Origin: Cyanophora paradoxa CCMP329 | Taxonomy: Eukaryota > Plantae > Glaucophyta | Length of the DNA: 64,000 bases | Assembly (NCBI GenBank): GCA_004431415.1 | Contig: QPMI01000263.1 | Location: 48,156 to 112,155, forward strand | Direction of reading: 5' to 3' | Shown here: positions 12,684 through 24,900 of the stretch, piece by piece | How the letters are laid out: the number at the start of each line of letters is the position of its first letter | How positions within the stretch are numbered: the first letter of the stretch is position 1 | Translations under genes and position numbers: made by a program | The notes under the pieces: generated by a model | The model's database searches: none | The model's input: the letters and a program-made list of their open reading frames with translations, nothing else | What the model was told of the DNA's origin: nothing

Positions 12684-14189
12684 ATGTTCGCGGCGTCTGC
12701 GGCGCCCGCCAAGGTGCGGTTGACCTCGTCCTGGCCTTCTGCGACAGCCCCAGCGGCGGCGTGCCAGGCGTCCCCCGATCTCCGCAGCTCGTGTTCGTCC
12801 TCCGTCTCCGTGCGTCCCCGGCCGAGCCCCCGCGTTGTTTCATTGGATATAGTCCCGTGCTTATGCGGCGACGATCGTACGCCACGGCGATCCGCAGGCC
12901 TTCGCGGGCGCCGTCTGTGATCGGAATAATGCCGTGGCGTCGGCGCCGCTACACAGATCCAGGACGACATTCGGCGGATCGTTGTTTGCGCTCCATGCCA
13001 CTTTCCGGTGCGTCCTCTCAGAGCGGAGGCGTTGGCGGCGCTTTGACGCGCGGCAACCCGCGCAGCGGGCGCCGCTTGTCGTGGCGGGAGGCGGAACGGC
13101 TCCCGGTGCCACCCGGCGTCGTGATGGCAAGCGAGGAGCACCAGGATGCACCCGAGCCGGACCCGCGGAAGGAGAGGCTGGAGCGCTCGCTCTCATCGCT
13201 GCGGGGGCCGGCGGCCGCGCCGGGGCGGCTGCACGCGTCCCTCGTGCGGGCGGTGGACGCGGCGGCAGAGGCGGTGTGCCGGGCGACGGGCGTAGATCCG
13301 CCGGAGGAGCGGCGGCGGGCGCTCCGCTCCGTGCTGCTGCTCGTCGGCGTGCCCGCGACGGTGATTGCCGCGAGCCAGGTCCTCCCGACCCCCGCCGTCG
13401 TCGCCCTGGACATCGGTGCGCCGCCGCCCGCCCCCGGCCGCGCCATCGCCGGCGCGAGGGCTCCGTTCGACGCGGGGCGGGGCCAGGGGTGCTGGCGATG
13501 AACATGCTCTGGTGGCTGGACCTCTCGGCGATCCAGGTGGCGCAGAAGCGGATCGAGGCGGACGTGGACGCGCTGCTGCGGGAGCAGGCCGAGGTGGACC
13601 GCGAGCAGGAGCTCCTCGTCGCCATCGCCGCCAGCAAGCACGCCGAGCTCGAGGCCCGCCGCCCCGCCCCGCCCCGCCCCGCCCCGCCCTGCAGCGGCCT
13701 CTGAGGCCGGCGCAGGAGCTGCGGGAGGAGACGCAGCGCGTGGCGGCGGCGCAGGCGGGCATGTCCCCGGGGGAGGCCCTCTTCCGTCGCAGCCGCCTCC
13801 TCGTCCGTGCCCGCGAGGTCCTGCCAACCGCCCCGCCCCGCCCCTCGGGGGCCGGCGCCGAGGCGGGGCGGGGCGGGGCGCAGGTGCAGGAGGACGTGGC
13901 GACGGCGTACGCGGCGGAGGCGCACGTGCGCGGCCCCGCCCCGCGCCCCCCGCGCGCCGCCCGAGGCGAGGCGGGGCGGGCGGCGGCGCAGGTGATGAAC
14001 CGCATGGCGGAGCTCTCCAAGGAGGCCGACGGCATCGCCATCCGCTCCGAGGTCCCCCGCCCCAGCCCCGCCGGCCCCGCCGCCCCTCGAGCCCCGCCCC
14101 CGCAGGAGCTCAAGAAGCGCGCGGACGCCGTGCTCGCCCCGGAGTGGATCGCCCCGGAGCCCTGGCAGCCCTGGTCCCGGCCCCGCTGA
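12684..14189 (+). CDS. Hypothetical membrane + coiled-coil protein with a putative plastid transit peptide
   Basis: The spliced read starts MFAASAAPAKVRLTSSWPS (Ser/Ala-rich, Phe at position 2). It continues through hydrophobic stretches (VLLLVGVPATVIAASQVL; VVALDIGVLAMNMLWWL) and a coiled coil to TGA 14187-14189. The 5' exons are less certain than the part from ATG 13124. Confidence 0.6.
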
Positions 14190-14691
14190 GCTCTCGCCCG
14201 CCGTCAGCCAGCACCTCCCATTCCTCGCCTTTCCCCCGACTCGGTGACTTCCACCTTCTTTCATTTTACGCTCGGTTTTGATTATCGGCTCGGTTTTCAT
14301 TAGAACGGGAGCTCTCTATCTTCTTTCATGCATATGGGTAAATTTTGAAGGTTGTGTGCTTTAGGCGTGGGTGTACATTCGCTGTTGTTGTACTCGTAGC
14401 TCTAGTCAGTTGTCGTGTGCTTGAGTAGGAGCGCTTCCTAGGTCTAGATCTTGCTGTTGAACCCATTCACTCCATTTTCGCTGTTTGTCATTAGTACCCA
14501 CTCCCTTCCATTACATTACGCCAACTCTCGACATGTTATGCGCCCCGGCGGGGGCTACTGAGGCCCCCGTTCGGCGAACGGGGCTGGTCATGGCTGCGAG
14601 TGGTTTTCGCCAGGCCGTGCCCGTCCGCCACGAGTGACTCAGTGACGGTCTCACATGTGCACCGGTACCACCAATCATCAAATCACGGGAT

Positions 14692-17600
14692 TCAGCGGGT
14701 CGCCCCGGCCTGCGGATGCCGTCAAAGGCGCCTTGAGAAAGAGCGCGGGCAGAGGCGCACGTCGGCGGCGCTGTAGGCGAGGGCGCCGGCGAGCTGGATG
14801 CCCTCCTGCTCGGCGTCCTCCGGCACCGGCGCCTCCAGGGAGCGCCCGGCGTGCCCCGGCGCGGGGCCCCCTGCAGTCTCCTGCCGGCGCCGCATGAGGC
14901 GATCGCCCGCTGTGTGCCCAGGAAAGGAGCCACGACGCACCCGCTCCTTCCCCTTCTCGCGCGCGGCGGCCTGGCTGCGCGCCCGGGTGCTCCCGCTCGG
15001 GCCGGCCATCGCCTTGTCGCCCGCGAGGGCCGCGGCGCGCGCGGCCGCCGCCTTCGCCGCCCGCTCCCGGGCGCTGGGCCTGCGGCGGCGGCGGGTCAGG
15101 TCGCGGGCGACGGGCGGGGGCGCGGGGCGTGGGGCGGGGGCGCGGGGGCGGACAGAGGGCAGTGGGCGGCGGCGGCGAGCTCGGGGAGGGCGTCGAGGTC
15201 GAGGCGGGCGGCCTCGCACTGCTTCCGCAGCTGCTCGAGCTTCTCCTCGCTGAGCTCCAGGAGGGCCCCCTCCGCCACCCGCCCCAGGTCCTCCAGCACC
15301 TCCTGGATCACCTCCCGGTACCCCCCCGGGATCTCCCGGAAGAGGCCCTCGAACTGCCTCCGCAGCGGCTTCTTCACCTGCGCCCGCAGCGTGGCGGCGT
15401 CAGCGGGGCGCGAGGGGCGTTGGGCGGGGCGGCGCGCCTGGTTGCAGACGCTGCCGAGGGTCTCGATGTAGGTGGCGAAGGGCGCGTTGCGGTACCTCCG
15501 CCGCATCGCCTCGAGCACGTGCTCCAGGCGCAGCTCGCCGGCCGGCGCCTGCCTCTGCGCCGGCGTGTGGGGCGCGGGCGCCGGGCGCGGGCTGCGCGGC
15601 GGGCGCGCACGGCGAGCCTGGAGCGGAGGCCGGCGAGGAGGTCGGCGAGCTCGTGGCGGAGGCCCCGGAAGAAGGCCGGCTTGATCGTCTTCTCCATGAA
15701 CGCCCGCACGTCCCGCACCACGCTCCGGTACAGGTACCCGTGCACCTCCGCCTCCAGGCGCCTGCGGGAGGTCGGCGCCGGCCGGGGGCGCGGGGGCGGG
15801 CGCGCTGCGCACTCGTTGTACTTGTCGATGATGGAGGCGGCGGCGATCTCGACGGGGTCCCCCGACTCGAGGGCGGCGGGGCGCTGGAGCAGCACGGGGC
15901 TGCACTTGGCGCGGAGGGTCTCCTCGCAGCCGGGGAGGATCCCGTCCACGAGGGCCCGCCGGATTGCGTCGCCCATCTCCGCCGGCACCGCCTTGACGAA
16001 GGGCTTGAGGAGGAGGTTGAAGAGCTCGGAGAGTTCCAGCTGCTTGCGGTCCAGGTCGCGCACGATGCGCCTCGGGTCGTCGCTCAGGTCCCCGAACTCC
16101 TCCCGCGCCTTCTGCAGCGTCTCCTGCTCACGCGGGTCAGGGCCTGCGGAGTGTCCCGGAGGGGGCGGCGCGCGCGCGCACGGGGCTGCTGAAGTGGGCG
16201 ATGGTGTCGCGCTTGCCCCTCTCGAGGACGTCGCGGTCGATCCCCCTGAGGGCCTTCTCGAAGACGGCGTTCCAGACGTGCTCGAAGCTCAGCCTCTCCT
16301 GCTCCCTGAACTGCTCGAGCGGCCGCCGCAGGCACCCGTCCGCGTCGGCCAGCGTCGCCTTCAGCCGCTCCCGGTCCGCCCCGCTCAGCGAGCGCAGCTT
16401 GACCGTCTGCGGCCGCCCGGGCGCTTGAGCGCGGGTGCGGCGGGGCCGGGGCGGCGCGGGGCGGCGGCGCACGCTCTCGAAGAGGAGCATGGCGCGGCAG
16501 AGGGTCGAGTGCGCCGCCTCGAAGACCTCCCGCCGCAGGCGCCGGGGCACGATCTCGCGGCGCAGGGCCTCCAGGCGCTGCTTGATCGCCTCGAACTCCG
16601 GGTGCTTCTCCTGCTCCATCGCCGCCGCCGCGGCGTGCCCCTTCTCCGCGAGCCTCTCGAAGTACTCCGTCGCCGCGTTGAACGACACGAAGGAGACCCG
16701 CTTCATCCTGCGCGGCCCCAGCGTCGGCGAGGCTGCGGCAGGGGCGGGCGCGGGGGCGGGGCCCGCACGCTGCCTCCTTCCGCATCGCCGCGCCGCGCGC
16801 GCCGCCCGAGCTGACGGCGGGGGCGCTGCCCTGCGCCTGCACAGCGCTGCTGGGCTCGAACTCGGCGAAGTGGCTTTCCCATTCCTGCCGGCCCGCCCCG
16901 TGACGACGGGACAGCAAGGGGCGCGGGCAGGGCGCACCGAGGTGGCGACGGGCTCGCGGGCGGCGATGGAAGCCTTGATGCGAGTCTCCCCGCGGACGCC
17001 GGAGATGTACCGCGGGTCGAAGGCGATGACTACGCCGTGCTCCTCGGGGGCGGTGAGGAGGTCGAGGACGGGCCGGCGCAGGGAGGTGAAGAGCGTCTTG
17101 GGGGTGTCCTTCGCCAGCACCACGTGCACGAGCACGTCCACGGGGCCCCCCACGAGCGCCGCCTCCCGCCGCGCCGCATCGTAGTCCGTCGCCCCCACCC
17201 CGTCCACCTGCCGCTCGCGTCACGGGGCGCTGCGCGCTGGCGGCCGGCGGCGGAGGGCGGCACCAGGCGGATGCCGACGCAGCTCTTGCTCGGGACGCCG
17301 ACCTCGACGCTGCTGACCAGGCCCCAGCAGCCGCCCTTGACGTTCGCGGTCATGAGGGCCAGGTAGCGCTGCACCGCCTGCACCGCCTCCTCCCGGCGCG
17401 TGTCCGCTGCGCGCCGGCGTCGGCGCCGGCGCCGGCGTGGGGCGGGGGCAGGCGGCGGGGCGCGGGGGGCGGGCGCACCGGGGAAGTAGAGGACGCTGCG
17501 GCCCAGGAGCCGCTCGAACGCCTGCAGCTCGCGGGGCAGCTCAAAGTGCTCCGCCCTGCCGCCGGGGGTCGGTGGCGGGCGGGGAGGTCACGGGCAGGAA

Positions 17601-20600
17601 CTCGGCCTCACCTGAGCTTGGCGTACATGCCGGCGGTGGGCACGACGGGGGCGTCGCCGTTCACCGGTGTGTGCGACAAGAGGTGCTCGTTGCCGGCCAT
17701 GGCGAGGGCGCGCGCGACCGCCGTGTGCTGCTGCATCCCGATGCGCACCTCGCCGCCGCCCTCCGCCAGAGCGGCGCGGATCTCCTCGAGCGCCGCGAGG
17801 CCGGCGGCCTTTGCCTCCTCGCGCTCCGCCGCCGTTATGAAGGTGATGACGACATAGAGGAACGCCGAGAAGACCGTCGCGATGGGCACGCTGCGAGGCG
17901 GTGAGGGGGCGCGTGGGAGGCGGGGGCGGCGGGGGCGGCGCGCCTGCTGGTGGCGTTGGTCGTGCGGCTCGGGAAGATGCTGCCGGGCATGAAGAAGGCG
18001 GCGAGGTCGGCGCCGGCGCGGGCCGCGAGCGTCTCGACGAGGCCGCGCACGAGGCCGGCGACGGCGGGCGCCTCCGGGGCCCGCAGCGCCTCCCCCAGCC
18101 GCTCCAGCTTCGCCGTCACGCGCGCCGGCATCCCCGCCGACGCCGCCCAGCCGTAGCGCTGCGCGCGCCGCGTCGGCGGGGCGGGGCGGGCCGGGGGCGG
18201 GGCGGCGGGGGCCCACGTGGAGGGAGGGGGCGGGGTCGTGGGGGAGGGCGGCGAGGGCGGCGACGGTGTGGGCGAGGGCGGCGAAGCCCTCGGGGCCGGG
18301 CATCCCCGAGTAGACGAACCCCGAGGAGAGCGTCGACTTGCCTGCCGCCCCCGCTCGCTCCGGCGCGCGCGCACCGGCGGGCGGGCGGGCGGGGCGGGGG
18401 CGCACCGACGCCGTTCCAGCCGACGACCTGGACGAGGAGCGGGAGGAGCTCGTCGAGGCCCTCGAGGAGCGCGAGCGCGTGGTCGCCCATCTTCTCGACC
18501 TGCGCGCGGCCGGCCCGGTCAGGCGGCCAGGTTCCCGAGGCGCCGGCTCGCGGGCGGCGCGCGGGCCTCCTTGGAGAAGAACTTGAAGAAGCGGGCGTCG
18601 GGGCCCGAGGCGGCCGCCCGGTCGAAGCTGTTCATTACCCGCTCCGCCAGCCGCCGCATCTGCCGCCGCAGCACCTCCACGGGGCCTGCGCGTCGGTCGT
18701 GAGGGGCGGGCGCCGGGGCGGGGCGGGGCGGGCGGGGCGGGCCTCCGAGAGAGGCGTCGCCGAGGCCGAGGGCGTGGAGGAGGCGCATGAGCTGGTCCTC
18801 CGAGGAGCCCGGCAGGACGACGTCCCCGGCGCCCGCGAGCCGCTCCTCGTACACGGCGCGGCACGCCCACACCATCTCTTCCGCCCCGCTGCGAGTGCAG
18901 CGCCGCCACAGCTCGAACGCCTGCTTCTCCTTGTTCAGCCGCGACTGCGAAGCAGCCGAGTCAGCTCGAGGCGATGGAGGTAGTGCAGCGGAACAGCCAG
19001 GACGCACGATGAGGACGGACTCGCCGGGGTTCTGCGGGTCCGGGAGGTGCGTCGCCTCGTCGTCGGCGGGCACTGCGGAGGGCGGTGGGCGGGGGCGGGG
19101 GCGGGGGCGCGCGGGCGGGGGCGCACCCCAGGTGATGAGGCCCGGGATCTCGACTTGCTCGTGCTCGGGGACGAGCACGCGGGCCGGCGCGGCGGCCGCC
19201 CGCGGGGCGCACGGGCGCAGGAGCGCGTAGGTCGAGCGGCCCTTGGCCTCCGAGGCCGCGAGGGCGAGGACGACCCGCGGGGCCTCCGTCGCGCCGTACG
19301 AGCGCCCCGCGAGGCACTTCCTCTGCGCTCGAGTGAGGCGGGGCGGGCGGGGCTGGGGGGCTCGGGGGCGGGGCGCGCCTCGTTGCGGTAGAGGATATCG
19401 ACGCGGAGGCCGGGGAGGCGGGCGGCGATCACCGCGAGGGTCGCCTCCTCCGCGAGGCGCTGGAACTCGGCGCCCCGCGCCCCGCTCTCCAGCGCCGCCG
19501 CGATCGCCTGCGTGGCGGACGCCGCCGCCGCCTCCTTCTTGGGCAGAAAGGAGCGGGCGAGCTTCGCGAGCCCCGGCAGGCGCGGGTGCGAGGCGTAGTC
19601 GGCTCCGTTGACCTGCCGGCGGGGTCAGCGCGGGGCAGCGACGGGGGCCGGGGAGGGGCGGGGCGCGCCCTCAGCTCCGCGACGATGGCAGCGAGCAGGT
19701 CCCCCTCCGTGACGGCGTCGCGGCTGTGCGCCCCGTGAGGTCCCCGCTGCAGCGGCGCGGGGCGGGCGGCGCACAAGAGGCCGGAGGCGAGGACGGCGAG
19801 GAGGGGGCCCCGGATGGGGTCCTCGAGGCAGCCGATGGAGGGGTAGAGGTCGCGGAGGTACACGATGCGGACGGCGGCGCGCTCCTTGACGCGGTCGAGG
19901 AAGGCGCTGGCGGCGGCCCTCTCGTCGGCCTCCATGGCGGGCACCTTGCTCGCGAAGTAGGCGAGGTCCTGCGCGCGCCGCTCGGCGCCGGGCGGCGGGG
20001 GAGCGTGTTGGAGGCTGCCCCGCACCTTCACGACGACCAGCGCGGGGCCCTCCTCCTCCTCCTCCTCGCCCCACGAGAAGCCGCCCTCCGGCAACACCTC
20101 CTCCTCCTCCGAAGAGGAGGACGAGGGGCCCGACGGGCCGGCCCCGCCCTCCGCCGCCTCCGCCGGCGGGGCCTCCTGAGCGGGCAGCGCCGCCGGGGAC
20201 GCGGCGCTCTTCCTTGCGCGCTTGCCGCGGGAGAGGATGTCGCCGGAGGCGTAGACGAGCTTGGCGAACTTGCCGAGCGTCATCGTCCGCCCATCCTCCA
20301 GCGTCAGCTCCGCGTACTGCAGCGCCTGGAGCGGCGGTTTCGCGTTCGTCCCGTGGACGATCTTGTAGACCTCGCGAGCCCACGACGGGCCCATCCAGGT
20401 GTACCGCTTTCCGCGCTCTTCCACCTGCACCGCCCCGGCGTACTTCGCGTCCTGAACCTGTCCCCGGCTTCAGGCAAAACGAGGAAAAAAGAAAATGCAG
20501 GGCGGCGCACCCGGCAAGAGTAGCCCAGGTACTTCAGCTCCGTGCCCGGGAGGATCTTCCCGTGGCTGACCAGCAGGCCCAGCAAGTACCTCTTCTGCGC

Positions 20601-20780
20601 CCGGACCTTCTGCATGTCCGCGATGCGAATAGTCTCGCTCAGCAGAGGGCGCTGCGCGGGTGCGGGGCGCAGGCGGTTAGGAAGGCCAAGCACGAGGGAG
20701 GGGAACGCGAACGTTCGCGGTCGCCTGGACATTAGCGTTCGCCTGCTCGTTCGAGGCCGACTGGTCGCCATTCTGCGCAT
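14692..20780 (-). CDS. Large multi-exon P-loop GTPase of dynamin/SLIP-GC (NUGGC)-like type, with a possible N-terminal RAMA-like domain
   Basis: Spliced G1 is VVGWNG|AGKSTL (~18430-18330). WGLVSSVEVGVPSKSCVGIRL|VDGVGATDYDAARR resembles the G3 region of SLIP-GC-like proteins. The C-terminus is long and helical. The N-terminus reads LLGLLVSHGKILPGTELKYLGY...GPSWAREV. Confidence 0.55.
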
Positions 20781-21955
20781 CCTGAAGTCATTTCAGCATT
20801 CAAAGTAAAACAATGGACCGCTGGGGGCTCGTACCGCGCCGGCGGCACATTGACGGGCGTCCGACTTGCGCTTCGTGCCGGGCATGGTCTGATCGCAAAA
20901 TGTCAGATAAAGACTTTATGTACTGTTTCCACACGCAATCGCGCGCAGCGTTCACCGAAGCGAAGACTCAGGTGAGGTCTCGCCACGTCGAGCACGACGA
21001 CGAGGCCGCGGAAAGCGACGCTTTTCGACCTGTATAGGTACAGTTAGAAGTGCTGGGAAGGGTTTCACGCATGTACGCGGAGGCAATGGCGTCCCCAGGG
21101 AAGGTGAACGCGAACGCTCCTATCCTGCGGCAAAGTGCGAGCTAGGTGGCTATTCGCCCAGACAACGCAGCGGACCGTCTAGGAGATGTCACAGGACGCG
21201 TCGCTCGAGTGCGGGAAGGGGTGTTGAAGAAGTTTGGGGACTTGTCGAGTGTAGCGTACCCCCGGCCATCCCCAGCTGCTATACCCCCAACTTTCACCGA
21301 AAACGCGCTCTCCTGCCATGTTGGAGCTGTCTTGCTTGCCAGAATCGACGGGATAGCATCGCGGGATGCTAGACGAAGCGATTTCCTAGATCGGCCGGAG
21401 GCGTCAAACTGCCTCGTGTTTCGGCTCGAGACGGCCACTCAGTCTGTGCTCTACGTACGCAATCTACTGATCTGGCTTAATTCTATCGCTGACGCGCGGG
21501 TTGCCTCGTCGATCGGTCGGAACTGGGATCGCCGAGAGTTGCAAGCTTGGCTAGGGGCACGTACGTTTTCTGCATAGCACAGAACGAAAGATCGCAAACA
21601 GCTTCGTGCTGGCTACACCGAACTTCAAATCTCGGCTGCACTCGACAGCGTCGGCAGCTGCGCTGCTGCGCCGCGGCCTGCTGCTTGTGTGCAGCGCTAG
21701 CGCATGAGCTCATGATCATGGAGCTGTCCCGCTGACACTGTACGCGACTGCTGACTTGGCGCGGCAGACGGTTTGCACGACGTTGACGGCCAGTTTGCAA
21801 TTCTGGGGCTACAAGCACATGCGCTCGAATTCGACTCGGCGAATTTCGAAGTAGCTTGCGCTCGCGTGCAACGGACGAAGTTACGTATAATTTAATAAGA
21901 ATTGCCGACAATGAGGCAAGAGCGAGGAAGGGATATCTAGGGGCCGGCGGGCGGG

Positions 21956-24900
21956 TCAGCCCATCTCGAACTTGCCGAGGAGGGCGCCCTCGCGGCGCAG
22001 CTCGACGGCCTTGCCCGACGCCTGCCACGCCACCGTGATTGATGCCAGCGCCCCTGCGCCCCGCCCCCGTCAGCCGCCCCGGCCCCAGGGGCGCCCCGCC
22101 GGGGGCGCGCCGGCGGCCGGCTGGAACTCGGGGCTCCGCGGCAGGCTGTAGGTGCGGATGCAGTCGACGCGGAGCATGGAGAAGAGGGAGCGCGAGGTGT
22201 GCCACGCCCGCAGCCTGCGCGCTCGTCGCCTCGCGCGAGGCGTGCAACGCGGCGGGGCGGGCGGGGCGGGGCGGGGGCGCGGACGTGTGGTCGTGGGCGG
22301 AGAAGGAGGCGAGGGTGGAGCCCGAGGGGGAGAGGGCGAGGGCCGTGATGGGGCCCCCGTGGCCCTCCAGCACCCGCCTGCCCCCCGCCCCGCCCCCGCC
22401 TCAGCCGCCCCCGCGCGAGCTCGGGCGCGCGCGCGGGCGGGCCAGCGGGTGGCGGTGCGGAGGTCGTAGATGACGATGGGGCCCTCCATCGTCCCCACCG
22501 CCAGCTGCTGCGTCTTCATGTTGAACGCCACCTGGGCGAACCTGCCCGCCCAGCCTCGGCGCGCGCCGGCGGGGCGGGGCGGGGCGGGAGCGGGGCGGGG
22601 CCGCGCGTGGAGGTGAGGAGGTGGAGGACTTGGGTGGCGGGCTTGAGGCAGCTCTCGCGCAGCTCGGGCACGCTCGGGTCCAGGCACCTGCGCCGGGCCC
22701 CGCGGCCGGCTCGCACCAGGCGCGGCGGGCGGGGCGGGGGGGGCCGGCGCGCTTGAGGATCGCCTCGACGGCGCTCGGGAGGAGCGGCACGATGCTCGCC
22801 GGCGTCTGCGCCGCGTCACGGGCGCACCGCGTCGGGGCGGGGCGGGGCGGGGCGGGGCGGCGCGGCGCGGGGCGCGCCTTGCGGACGAGGGCGGCGAGGC
22901 TCAGGAGCGCCGCCGCGCGCTCCTCCGGCTGCATGTGCGCCCGCGCCGCCTGCCGGCCCCCCACCGCATGAGCGCGGACGGAGCGCAGGCGATCAAGGGG
23001 CGCGCCTCCTGGCCCATGGTCTGGAGGAAGAGGGCCGGCTCGAAGGTGCCGACGAGGGTGAGGGCCTGGCGCCCCGTGGCCCCCGCGGGGCCAGCCGGCG
23101 CCCGGCTGAAGTGGTAGAAGAGCAAGCGGAGGAGGGCCGCCGGCTCGCGGATGTACGTGCGCCACTGGGGGTACCCCTTCGCCATCACGTCCGCCACCAT
23201 CACCCGCACCTGCGCAGGCGCTCAGGCGGTGGCGGGGCGGCGCCGGGGCGCGGGGCGGGGCGGGCCTTGGGGCCGGCGCGCTCGAGGAGGGCGAGGAGAG
23301 AGCCGACGACCTGGGCGGTCACGCTGCAGCGGGGTGAGGCGCGGGGCGGGGCCGGGGGGCGGGGCGGGCGGACTCGGAGGGGAGGGGCACGGGGTTCTGG
23401 TTGAGGGAGGCGAGGAGGGCGAGGATGAAGACGGGGGCGACGGGCGGCAGCGACGGGTCGTTGATGACCTCCATCGGCAGCTCCGGCAGGAACGGCACTG
23501 CTGCCGGCGTCAGCCCGGCGGGGCGGGCAAGGGGGCCGGGGCGGGGCGCGCGGCGGGAGGCCCAGGCGCGGACGGCGAGCTTGCGGGCGTCGGGGGCCAG
23601 GCACGCGACCGCCCCCTCGAAGAGCGCCCGCGCCGCCATCTGCAGCTCCTCTGCCCCCGCCGCCGCTCGGCCGCCGAGCGAGAGGCGGGGCGGCGGGGCG
23701 CGGGGGCACACCGCAGGGGTCCACCCAGTAGGCGACGAGGAGCGGGAGGGAGGGGAGGGGCGCCCCCTTCGGCGCCAGCGCGTGTGGCCGCAGGTTCCCG
23801 TAGTGCGTCAGCAGCCGCGACCAGACCGAGGCCGCGTCGGGCGCCCCCGGGGCCGGCGAGGGGGCCCCCATGAGCGCCCGCGCGAGGGCGAGGCAGGCAG
23901 CCGACTGCTGCGCCGCGGCGTGGGGCGAGAGGCGCAGCACGCCCCGCGCCGGGCCGCCCGCGGCAGCACGAGCGAGAGGCGGCCACCGGCGCCGCGCAGG
24001 CCGACGCTGGGGGGCGGGAGGGCGATGGGGAGGGGGCCGGGGGCCGGCGTGGGGGGCGTCGTGGAGGCGGCGGTGCGGGAGGTGGAGGCGGAGCGGGGGA
24101 GGCGGGCGTGGGTGGGGGCGAGGAGGGAGCGGAGCTCGGCGTCGAGGGGCATGTCGACCCCCCAGCAGTGCAGCGCCCCGAACAGCGCGGCGCCGGCGAG
24201 GGTGCGCTCCGAGGGGCCGCCCGGGGCGCCCTCGGGGGCAGCGGCGGGGGCGGGCCGGAGGGCCTCGAGGTAGCGCGGGAGGTGGAGGGTGAGGACGGGG
24301 ACGAGCGGGTCCCGGCCGCGCTGCCCCACGGCCGCCTCCGTGAGCTCGAAGCCCGGCCCCGAGCGGCCCTGGGCGGCCTCCGCGCCGTACGACGTGTCCT
24401 TGACCTGCACGAGCCCGGCGAGGGCCGCCAGGTGCGGCGGCAGCCGCCGCTCCAGCGCCCCCGTCGCCAGCTGCGCCCCCTCAGCGCCCCCCACGAGGGC
24501 GCGCGGGGGCCGCCTGCGAGGCGGGGCGCGCCTGCCAGACGTAGACGGAGCCATCGCGGCAGGCGGCGAGGAGGCGGTCGTTCGAGAGCCACCAGCGCAG
24601 GCGCACCACCGGCGAGCTGCCGCGGCGGGCGTCAGCGGGAGGGGCGGGGGGCGGGGCGGGGCGGGGCGGGCCTGTGGCCGCCGAAGTGGCGGACGACGCC
24701 GCCGGCGTCGAAGGCCTCCTGCTTGCGAGCGTGGCCCATGGGGAAGAGCTCGGGGACCACCGCGCCCCCGGACGCGCTCGGCGTCGGCGGCAGCGGGCCC
24801 GGCACCTCGTACTCCCCCGACACCTGCGCCCCGTCACGCGGCGCCGCCGGGACGGGGCGGGGCCGGCGGGGCGGGCGCGCGTCGGAGCGGAAGGAGGTCA

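Noticed and set aside
20810-21950. Short ORFs in the intergenic stretch
   Set aside because: No host-like codon bias, no consistent exon chain and no recognisable motifs.
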